The translations under genes were made by a program, and so were the position numbers. This document shows, in pieces, positions 19,302 to 30,200 of a DNA stretch of 40,291 nt (position 1 is its first letter; every line of letters begins with the position of its first letter). This DNA is from Eledone cirrhosa (lineage: Eukaryota): assembly GCA_964016885.1 (NCBI GenBank), contig CAXHJY010000982.1, positions 1 to 40,291 on the forward strand, written 5' to 3'. The notes under the pieces are model-generated. The model made no database searches and had not been told where the DNA came from. It saw nothing but the letters and a program-made list of their open reading frames with translations.

Positions 19302-21578
19302 TTAACTGTATACTTTGTGAAAAGTTCTATGGAATTTATGAAGGCAGATGGAAAACAAATCCGAGCGTCTATTTATTATGGATTCTAGGTTAGAGATAAT
19401 GGTAAATTTTTCATTTAGGCAGAGATTACAGATTTTAGATAGAGAACTGTTCAAGTACGAGGATGCAGAAGAAATCTTTTTCCAAAAGATGTTATATTTA
19501 ATGTTTTTGTCTTTTAAGGACCATATGAGTTCTGAGAGAGCAGTGTTAGTTCTTTTAAGTTTGTATTTGAAAGATGAATGATGATTATAGAGACGAGCTT
19601 TAAAAGAGGTGGAAGTGGAGCCAAAATAGGTGAAGGAGTTGGTGCTAGTTATAATTTTACATTCATAAATTAAGTTTTTATCGAGGCAATGGTTGTTGAG
19701 AGGACATTTATTTTTAATGCGGCAGTTGCAATTAGAGAGATTATTAATGAGTGATCTAGTGTTATCTATAGAAGGAATTGGATTGGAGAAGTTGTTTGCG
19801 ATAGGAATAATAGGAATAATAGTTTCTTGATTTAGAGTTGGATTATGAACATTTAGCGAAGTTGTGTTTGACGTTGCATTTGGGTTTACAGAAGTTAGCC
19901 TAGGGTTTACAATGACGTCAGGAGTACTATTATTGTTATTATGAGATTCAATATTGGAAGGAAGAGATTTAGTATTTAATATTTTGTTGTTGTGTTTAGA
20001 AATGATGTTGGAAATATTGGAGGATGTAGAATACGAAAATTTAATGGTGTGTTTGTTAAATATTTTACTATAGATATGTGAGGGAGGGAAGCATTTATTT
20101 AAGGCACTAAAAAATAATTTAGGAATATTGTTATTAATAGAGATGGAGAAAGGAGCATTATACCAGATTATGTTTTTGTATCTAGGTCTTTTATTAAAAT
20201 TATTGGAATGGTTATGATTAAATATTCTACTGTAAGTTTTCCTAGAATTTGTTTCTTTATTATATTTGATTTTATCTGGATAGCCAGCTTTAGAAAGTGC
20301 ATTATTATAGTAATTGGCGTTAGCATCAAAGATGTTTTTATTAGAAGATATGTTAGATATTCTATTTCCAATATTATTAACTATAGCATTCTTGATATTG
20401 GTAGGATGGTTAGATTTAAAGTTAACATAATTAAGATTCTCATTGTTTTTATGGTAAGGGTAATATAGGCCAGTGTCAAGATTAAGAGATACATCCAAGA
20501 AATTAGCTAGTTTGGTACTATTATCAAATTCAATTTTTAGGTTATGTTGGTTAAAGAGATTACGTATATTGTTCTTAATAATATTAAGTTTAACTATATT
20601 GCAATTTAGGATAGTAAAGAGTCCATCGTCACGATAAATTCCACCGCGAAGTTGAGGAATTTTCCGACTCAAAGAGTTCAAAATGAAGATACCAATTAAA
20701 TCAGTCAATTGGGATGAATCGGATGCTCCCATTGTGATGTCGAAGTTGTTAGAGGTATCGGCTCTGGTCCAATATTCGTTGTTGAACTCTAGGATGGTTT
20801 TACGTGCGGTGAGGATGATGTGAAGTTCATCTGTGGTGATGTCAGAATATTTAAGTGCGAAAGATAGAGCATTATTGAGAAGTGAAGGCGAAATGGAGGA
20901 ATAGTAGCTGGCAATATCGAATTGAATAAATTTTAGTTTGTTTTTATTATCCAATTTGTTGAACCAGCCAATCACTTCAGAAGTACCAAACCATAAATTT
21001 AGGTTTAAAGAAGAGCAATTAGAACTAACCTGTGGGATAATCCTATCCAAGATGGCTTTACTAACAACCCCCAGATCAGATTTAGAGGGGGCGATTAATC
21101 TAACAGGTAGTTCAGTGCGAAAATTGTTTTTGTGATCCTTGAGATTTATCCTCGGAGTTCTTGGGAGGAATGGTTCGGTCTTTTTTTCAATGCCAAGTTT
21201 TGACATAATCTCATAGGCTTCAAGGTTTATGCATTCTAAATTTTCATGGTTGGTTTTACGATACTTTTTCCTAAGTTCCTTTAGGATAAGGTTGTTATAA
21301 TTATCCTTGGAAATACCATATAGGTTATTGGTTTTGTCAGAGTGGACTAAAACATTTTTTGAGGAATTTAGGTTAGAGATTGTGTTCTTGAGATTTACAA
21401 GGTGCTCTTGTCCTTTGTAAGGGTATCTCTTGAATTTAAGATTTTTTATAATTTTAGTTAATTCTTCCTCGAATTGTGCTAGATTTTTGTTGGAAGGAGG
21501 ATTTCGTCTGGAATTAAAAAGATGATCGAATATTGAATTAAAAAGATGATCGAATATTGAATTAAAAAGATGATCCAA
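19302..21578 (-). CDS. PLE2 reverse transcriptase + GIY-YIG endonuclease (N-terminally truncated; the TTG start lies in the junction repeat)
   Basis: RT motifs FIQFDIASYYSSI, TMGASDS, IYRDDGL and NFLDVSL. Then CNCR....CPL..HCL, LIY...YFG.T...FKARLYNH, CNLCLNEK and INRRSD...CLH. Uninterrupted frame. Clearly a different clade from PLE1; a clade name would need a tree. Confidence 0.93.
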   Translation of the reverse strand: MDHLFNSIFDHLFNSIFDHLFNSRRNPPSNKNLAQFEEELTKIIKNLKFKRYPYKGQEHLVNLKNTISNLNSSKNVLVHSDKTNNLYGISKDNYNNLILKELRKKYRKTNHENLECINLEAYEIMSKLGIEKKTEPFLPRTPRINLKDHKNNFRTELPVRLIAPSKSDLGVVSKAILDRIIPQVSSNCSSLNLNLWFGTSEVIGWFNKLDNKNKLKFIQFDIASYYSSISPSLLNNALSFALKYSDITTDELHIILTARKTILEFNNEYWTRADTSNNFDITMGASDSSQLTDLIGIFILNSLSRKIPQLRGGIYRDDGLFTILNCNIVKLNIIKNNIRNLFNQHNLKIEFDNSTKLANFLDVSLNLDTGLYYPYHKNNENLNYVNFKSNHPTNIKNAIVNNIGNRISNISSNKNIFDANANYYNNALSKAGYPDKIKYNKETNSRKTYSRIFNHNHSNNFNKRPRYKNIIWYNAPFSISINNNIPKLFFSALNKCFPPSHIYSKIFNKHTIKFSYSTSSNISNIISKHNNKILNTKSLPSNIESHNNNNSTPDVIVNPRLTSVNPNATSNTTSLNVHNPTLNQETIIPIIPIANNFSNPIPSIDNTRSLINNLSNCNCRIKNKCPLNNHCLDKNLIYECKIITSTNSFTYFGSTSTSFKARLYNHHSSFKYKLKRTNTALSELIWSLKDKNIKYNIFWKKISSASSYLNSSLSKICNLCLNEKFTIISNLESIINRRSDLFSICLHKFHRTFHKVYS

Positions 21579-21586
21579 TATTGAAT
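21511..21586. repeat. 3 x 24-bp tandem repeat at the PLE2 inversion junction
   Basis: GAATTAAAAAGATGATC(G/C)AATATT at 21511, 21535 and 21559. Confidence 0.95.
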
Positions 21587-22230
21587 CTCATAATAACAAT
21601 AATAGTACTCCTGACGTCATTGTAAACCCTAGGCTAACTTCTGTAAACCCAAATGCAACGTCAAACACAACTTCGCTAAATGTTCATAATCCAACTCTAA
21701 ATCAAGAAACTATTATTCCTATTATTCCTATCGCAAACAACTTCTCCAATCCAATTCCTTCTATAGATAACACTAGATCACTCATTAATAATCTCTCTAA
21801 TTGCAACTGCCGCATTAAAAATAAATGTCCTCTCAACAACCATTGCCTCGATAAAAACTTAATTTATGAATGTAAAATTATAACTAGCACCAACTCCTTC
21901 ACCTATTTTGGCTCCACTTCCACCTCTTTTAAAGCTCGTCTCTATAATCATCATTCATCTTTCAAATACAAACTTAAAAGAACTAACACTGCTCTCTCAG
22001 AACTCATATGGTCCTTAAAAGACAAAAACATTAAATATAACATCTTTTGGAAAAAGATTTCTTCTGCATCCTCGTACTTGAACAGTTCTCTATCTAAAAT
22101 CTGTAATCTCTGCCTAAATGAAAAATTTACCATTATCTCTAACCTAGAATCCATAATAAATAGACGCTCGGATTTGTTTTCCATCTGCCTTCATAAATTC
22201 CATAGAACTTTTCACAAAGTATACAGTTAA
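21574..22230 (+). pseudogene. Inverted copy of PLE2 linker + GIY-YIG coding region
   Basis: Reads SNIESHNNN...FHKVYS* and matches the end of the minus-strand ORF. No start codon. Confidence 0.9.
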
Positions 22231-23485
22231 TATTCAATTCTTTATCAATTTAGAATCTTTTCTCAAAGGCACATATACATACACCTCTTTAAAATATACC
22301 CATCTACCTTACTTTAAAGGGCATTATACACTCTATAGTACTCGTTTATTCATTTACCTCATCCTATCTTCTCGTAAAACAATAACATTTGTTTTTGACA
22401 TTTTGAATATTCATCCGCAATCATTATTATTTTTTTTTTTTTTTTTTTTTTTTTTTTCCCTCTATCATAAATCTTTTTAATCTCAATTTCATCCTTAATT
22501 TATTATTATATATATTTTTTTGAATATATACTCATATATTCTTTAAAATATACCCATCTACCTTACTTTAAAGGGCATTATACACTCTATAATACCCGTT
22601 TACTCATCACCCTCATTATATCTCTTCGTAAAACAATAACATTTGTTTTTGACATTTTGAGTATTCATCCGCAATCATTATTATTTTTTCTCTCTATCAT
22701 AAATCTTTTTAATCTCAATTTCATCCTTAATTTATTATTATTATTTTTTTCTCCCCATCAACGAACTCATTATTAATACATATGAATTCAATATAAAAAC
22801 TTTAACTTCACATTATTTTTCTCAAATCCTATACATAAACATTTTCTCTTTGCTAATTTTAAGATTCCTACATTTCTCCTTTTGAATATTCACCCACAAT
22901 TATTATTTTTTTCTCTCTATCTCCATACATAATCTCCCTTCGTTATTTTTTTCTCTCTATCTCCATACATAATTTCCCTTCGTTAATTTTCAAATTCCTT
23001 TAATTTATACATTATCTTCCAACGGTTCCCAACCTCTCTATATTAAAACATTATATCTTTTTCTCAGTTATAAAAACTATCTCTTTCTCTCTATCACCCA
23101 TCTCTCCCTTTCCACCTTCACTCTCATCTCCTCCCCTTTTTTTCATCCTTTCCACCCCCACCCCTCCCTAAATATAATATATTTTTTCCTCGCACATATC
23201 CTCCCTTCGTTAATTTTCAAAATTTTTAATTTATACAGTATCTTCCAACGGTTTTCAACCCCTCTATATAAAATATATCTCCTCTCTGTTATAAAAACTA
23301 TCTCTTTCTCTCTATCACCCATCTCTCCCTCTCATCTCCTTCCCTTTTCATCCTTTTCTCTCCCCCCCTCTCTAAATAAAATATTTTTCCCAATATCACA
23401 CATCAATCTAAAACCACTTTTCATATGTTGATTTAAAACTGCACTATCAACAAGTGTTTTTTTAGCCTTCATATCATGTTCTCCT

Positions 23486-23554
23486 GTTTTATCTGATGAA
23501 AACACAAATATTATTGTTTGATGATGTTTGTTTTTGAAATGCGCATAATAAAAT
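23486..23554 (+). ncRNA. Type I hammerhead ribozyme (PLE2, right arm)
   Basis: GTTTTAT-CTGATGA-[stem II aaacacaaata...tgtttgtttt]-GAAAT-GCGC-ATA/ATAAAAT. Intact core, palindromic GCGC helix III loop and a 7-bp helix I. Predicted cleavage after 23547. Confidence 0.85.
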
Positions 23555-23594
23555 ATATTGAACTCCTTTAACCATCTTTTGATCTTATATTATG

Positions 23595-23620
23595 TATATA
23601 TATATATATGTATATATATG

Positions 23621-23691
<71 letters not shown>

Positions 23692-23760
23692 GTATATATA
23701 TGTATATATATATATGTATATATATATGTATATGTGTATATATATATATGTATATGTATA

Positions 23761-23799
<39 letters not shown>

Positions 23800-23800
23800 A

Positions 23801-23831
<31 letters not shown>

Positions 23832-23854
23832 ATATATGTATATATATATGTGTA

Positions 23855-23885
<31 letters not shown>

Positions 23886-23902
23886 ATATATGTATATATA
23901 TA

Positions 23903-23945
<43 letters not shown>

Positions 23946-23988
23946 ATATATGTATATATATATATATGTGTGTATATATTTATATATA

Positions 23989-24033
<45 letters not shown>

Positions 24034-24384
24034 ATATATATATATATGTATATATATGTATATATATGTATATATATATATATGTATATATGTATATATA
24101 TATGTATATGTATATATATGTATATATGTATATATATATATGTATATATATATATGTGTATATATATATATGTACATACGTATATATATATATATATATA
24201 TGTATATGTATATATATATATGTATCTATATATATATGTATATGTATATATATATATGTATCTATATATATATGTATATATATATATGTATCTATATGTA
24301 TATATATATATGTATCTATATATATATGTATATATATATATGTATCTATATATATATGTATATATATATATATATATATATACG

Positions 24385-24424
<40 letters not shown>

Positions 24425-24492
24425 TATACGTATATATATATATATATATATGTATCTATATATATATGTATATATATATATATACGTATATA

Positions 24493-24536
<44 letters not shown>

Positions 24537-24824
24537 CATATATGTATATATATATATATGTATCTATATATATATGTATATATATATATATACGTATATA
24601 TATATGTGTATATATATATGTATATATATATATGTATATATATATATGTGTATATATATATGTATATATATATATGTATATATATATGTGTATATATATA
24701 TATGTATATATATATGTGTATATATATATGTGTATATATATATGTGTATATATATGTGTATATATGTGTATATATATGTGTATATATATATGTGTATATA
24801 TATATATGTGTATATATATATGTG

Positions 24825-24855
<31 letters not shown>

Positions 24856-24875
24856 GTATATATATATGTATATAT

Positions 24876-24921
<46 letters not shown>

Positions 24922-24956
24922 GTATATATATGTATATGTATATATATATATGTGTA

Positions 24957-25021
<65 letters not shown>

Positions 25022-25060
25022 TTATATATGTATATATATGTATATATATATATGTATATA
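23595..25060. repeat. Degenerate (TA)n microsatellite, G-type
   Basis: Direct reading. Confidence 0.98.
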
Positions 25061-26954
25061 TCATCATCATCATCATCAACGTTTAACGTCCGTGTTCCAC
25101 GCTTGCATGGGTTTGGACGGGGGTAGTCCCACTTGAGGCAAGAGTGATTGTCTTGCTCGCATAGGACTGTCTGGCAGGTTTTCTACAGTTGGATGCCCTT
25201 CCTAACACCAACCACATTTACAGTGTGGGTCTGGGAGGTTTTTACCGTGTTGCCTACATGGCCACATTACAGCGTGGACTGTGTGTTTTTTTGTCGTGAC
25301 ACCTACACGATCTCATTTGTTTCGGCCTCGATGGCGCGGCACCAACATAACTTTACATAGAACGGGGTGGTGTGGATGGGGTGGGGGTGGTGGCGGGGAC
25401 GGGGTGTATTTTGTTAGAGATGCCTACTGGCTGGAGTAGGTTTTACTATATATTTAGGTAAGGCGGGTCTTCTCTGTTACTGAGTACCGCCAAAGGTCTC
25501 GGTCCAGTGACATTGTCTTGGAGAGGTGTAAGTGTGTGATGTCGGAGTTTATCAGCTCGTCCCAGGTTTTTCTAGGTCTGCCTATTCCGTGACTACCGTC
25601 TATCTTTATTGCCCTGCACTTTGTTATACAGCTATCGACTTTCATGCGCATCATGTGTCCATACCAACGTAGCCTTCTCTCGAGTAAACATCTGATCCCT
25701 CTTATCTCTAATTTTTTCCTTAGTTCGTTTATGCTTTGCCGTTCACGTATATTACTGTTACACATCCAGCGGAGCATGCAAGCTTCGTTCCTCTCTAGTC
25801 TGCGTATATCCTCTGCACACAATGCCCAGGTCTCACTGCCATGCAGCATTGCTGTTCGTATGCAGGCATCGTACAACCTGCCTTTCATTTTTAGGGAGAA
25901 CCCTTTAGCAGCTAATAGTGGTATAAGCTCTCTGAACTTTTTCCAACCAGTTCTGACTCTAGCTACAGTACTTTCAGAGCACCCTCCCCCACTGCTGATT
26001 TTATCGCCCAGGTAACGGAAGCTGTCCACTATTTCTATAGAACCCTCTGCGCAATTGAAAGAGCTAGTATTTTGTGGGCACTTGCTGCTACTTATTGCAC
26101 CAGAACACCGGCCACATGTAAAATCTATGTTCTTAGTTAGCTTACCTGTGATCCCACTACATCTTTTATGCACCCATACTTTGCATTTAGGACATAAAAT
26201 GGAGTTTCTACCTACGCCTCTCCTACACACCGAGCACGACCATTTCCCAGAAGGGACCGCCGCCTTCTTTTCTTTCTTACAAACTAGTACTTTGGTCTTA
26301 CCAGGTTAATTTTAAGTCCTTTTGACTCTAGGCCGTGCTTCCATGTTTGGAATTTCTTCTCTAGCTCGGCCATTGATTCCGCTATGAGTGTCAGGTCGTC
26401 TGCGTATAGGAGTTCCCATGGGCAGCCTGTCTTGAACTCCTCTGTTATAGCCTGAAGGGCAATAATAAATAGTAGGGGGCTGAGAACAGAGCCCTGATGG
26501 ACGCCAACTTTTACGCTAAACTCTTCACTATATTCGTTGTTAATTCTAACCTTGCTGACTGTTTCTTTATACATGGCTTGTATAGCCCTCACAAGCCATT
26601 CGTCAACGCCTAGTTTTCTAAGAGCCCACCAGATAATGGAGCGGGGGGACTCTGTCGAAGGCTTTCTCCAAGTCGACAAAAGCTAAGTAGAGGGGTTTAC
26701 CTTTAGCTAGGTACTTCTCCTGTAGTTGTCGTACTATGAAAAGAGCGTCTGTGGTACTTTTGCCTGACACAAACCCGAACTGCATTTCATCTAGGTCAAT
26801 TCTCTCTCTGATTAGTTGCGCTATAACTTTTTCCGTGACCTTCATGACCTGGTCGATTAATTTAATGCCTCTATAGTTACTCCTATCTAGGGCATCTCCT
26901 TTACCTTATAACAGTTAACGATGATGCTGCTATGCCAGTCCTTCGGAACAACCC
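25061..26954 (-). mobile_element. RTE-type LINE, 5'-truncated, frameshifted RT pseudogene + 3' UTR + (GAT)n tail
   Basis: Pieces in shifting frames: VPKDW...YKGKGD...NYRGIKL, QFGF, FVDLEKAFDRV, GVHQGSVLSPLLF, LYADDL, FRYLG, LHGSETW, RLRWYGH and GRPRKTW. Stop at 25454. Confidence 0.95.
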
Positions 26955-27012
<58 letters not shown>

Positions 27013-27221
27013 GTGTATATATATATATGTGTATATATATGTGTATATATATGTATATATATATATATATGTATATATATATGTGTATATATATATGTGT
27101 ATATATATATATGTGTATATATATATGTGTATATATATATATGTGTGTATATATATATGTATGTATATATATATATATGTATATATATATGTATATATAT
27201 ATATATGTATATATATATATC

Positions 27222-27252
<31 letters not shown>

Positions 27253-27265
27253 GTATATATATATG

Positions 27266-27330
<65 letters not shown>

Positions 27331-27527
27331 GTATATATATATATGTATATATATATGTATATATATATATATGTATATATATGTATATATATATATATGT
27401 ATATATATATATGTGTATATATATATATGTATATATTATATATATATATGTATATATATATATGTATATATATATGTGTATATATATATATATATATATG
27501 TATATTATATATGTATATATATATGTG

Positions 27528-27564
<37 letters not shown>

Positions 27565-27567
27565 GTG

Positions 27568-27600
<33 letters not shown>

Positions 27601-27616
27601 GTGTATATATATATAT

Positions 27617-27654
<38 letters not shown>

Positions 27655-27700
27655 GTGTATATATATATATATATGTGTATATATATGTAATATATATATG

Positions 27701-27749
<49 letters not shown>

Positions 27750-27762
27750 GTGTATATATATG

Positions 27763-27829
<67 letters not shown>

Positions 27830-27842
27830 GTGTATATATATG

Positions 27843-27891
<49 letters not shown>

Positions 27892-28394
27892 GTATATATA
27901 TATTATATATGTATATATATATATGTATGTATATATATATATATGTATATATATATGTATATATATATATGTGTATATATATATATGTGTATATATATAT
28001 ATGTGTATATATATATATGTGTATAATATATATATGTATATATATATATGTGTATATATATATATGTGTGTATATATATATATGTATATGTATATATATG
28101 TGTATATATATATATGTGTATATATATATATGTGTGTATATATATATATATGTATATATATATATGTATATATATATGTATATATATATATGTGTATATA
28201 TATATATGTGTATATATATATATGTATATGTATATATATGTATATGTGTATATATATATATATGTGTATATATATATATGTATATGTATATATATGTATA
28301 TGTATATATATGTATATGTATATATATGTATATGTATATGTATATATATATATGTATATGTATATATATATTTATGTATATATATATATATATG

Positions 28395-28486
<92 letters not shown>

Positions 28487-28723
28487 ATATATGTATATGT
28501 ATATATGTATATATATGTATATGTATATATGTATATGTATATATGTATATGTATATATGTGTATGTGTATATGTATATATATATATGTATATGTATATGT
28601 GTATATGTGTATATATATGTATATGTATATGTGTATATGTATATATATATATGTATATGTATATGTGTATATGTATATATGTATATGTATATATGCATAT
28701 ATATATATGCATATATATATATG

Positions 28724-28770
<47 letters not shown>

Positions 28771-28875
28771 GTATATATATATATGTATATATATATATAT
28801 GTATATATATATATGTATATATATGTATGTATATATATATATGTGTATATATATATATGTATATATATATATATG

Positions 28876-28913
<38 letters not shown>

Positions 28914-28919
28914 TATATG

Positions 28920-28990
<71 letters not shown>

Positions 28991-29204
28991 GTATATATAT
29001 ATGTATGTATATGTATGTATATATATATGTATATGTATATATATATGTATGTATATATGTATGTATATGTATATATATATGTATGTATATATATATGTAT
29101 ATATATGTATGTATATATATATGTATATGTATATGTATATATGTATATGTATATATATATGTATATGTGTATATATATATGTATATGTATATATGTATAT
29201 GTAT

Positions 29205-29250
<46 letters not shown>

Positions 29251-29442
29251 GTATATGTATGTATGTGTATGTATGTATATATGTATATATATATATGTAT
29301 ATGTATGTATGTGTATGTATGTATATATGTATATATGTATATGTATGTATATATGTATATATATATATGTATATATGTATATGTATGTATATATGTATAT
29401 ATATATATATACATATATATATGTATATGTATATATATATAT
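26955..29442. repeat. Degenerate (TA)n/(TATG)n microsatellite, G-type
   Basis: Direct reading. Confidence 0.98.
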
Positions 29443-30200
29443 ATTGTTGTACTTTGGGAGGGTCATGTTGCCAATAAGAAACACACGCACCAGTTGCTTT
29501 CACTTCAATTTATTTTAATAAATTTATAAATTTCTGGTTGGTTGGTTGGTTCCACAACCAGATAGTTGTTTATATATATTGTCAAAGTTCTTTCGTCACA
29601 CATTCTGTGACCTCTTCCGTGACTGGGGATTCTTTTCTTTGTTTTTGTGCCTCTCCTTTGTTCTGTCCTACGCCATTTTGTTTCTGTGTGTGTGTTGTGT
29701 GCTCAGTCTGCGCATGCGCCACATCCGGGTGTCTGTGTTTGTTTATATTTGTTTATTTACATGTTACCGGTTGGTTGGTTGTTCTATGTGTGTGTGTGTT
29801 TTCATTTTGTCCTTAATTGTAAGTTGTGATGTTGCTGTTTCACTCATATTTTGTATTTAATTTTGGTTGAAATTCTTTTATGTTTATTGCCTCTGTGATT
29901 TGTCTAAACATTGTGTCTTTTCTGTGTGTAGATTCTATTTTTATTTCTATGTACTCTAATTTACCCTTATGTTCTATTTTAGCATGTTGGTAGAGTACAG
30001 ATGATTCTTTACTATCTTGAAGGTCTCGCCAGTGTTCATTTATCCGTTCCCCTACACTACGAGCTGTCTCACCTATGTACACTATATTTTTGTCTCTACA
30101 TTGTCCTTCAGTACATCTTATGCTATACACTACATTTCTAGTTTTACAGTTAATATGGGGGTTTATTTTACAGGTTATACATTTCTTATCTGTACAGGGG
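29443..30200 (-). mobile_element. PLE3: 3' fragment of a PLE1-related family (GIY-YIG remnant + pseudo-LTR)
   Basis: CTDKKCITCKINPHINCKTRNVVYSIRC...YIGETARSVGERINEH is homologous to PLE1. TGA at 29840 stands where PLE1 has TGG. It ends in the same ATGACCCTCC...AACAAT terminus. Confidence 0.92.
29581..29623 (-). ncRNA. Degenerate minimal hammerhead in PLE3 pseudo-LTR
   Basis: GTCA-CGGAAGA-g-GTCACA-gaatg-TGTGAC-GAAAG-aa-CTT/TGAC. Helices I and II pair, and the core has U4G. Confidence 0.55.

Larger units (their letters stand above)
17853..23594 (-). mobile_element. Penelope-like retroelement PLE2, 5'-truncated, with 2.0-kb inverted 3' duplication
   Basis: 17938-19958 is the reverse complement of 21574-23594. 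The long arm has an extra 85-bp tail (17853-17937). RT+GIY-YIG ORF, with hammerheads in both arms. Confidence 0.95.

Noticed and set aside
21511-21586. CRISPR-like array
   Set aside because: Head-to-tail repeats with no spacers, no cas genes, and a eukaryotic context.
29840-29842. In-frame TGA in PLE3 as possible selenocysteine or readthrough codon
   Set aside because: It aligns to Trp (TGG) in PLE1, so it is most simply a nonsense mutation in a dead fragment.
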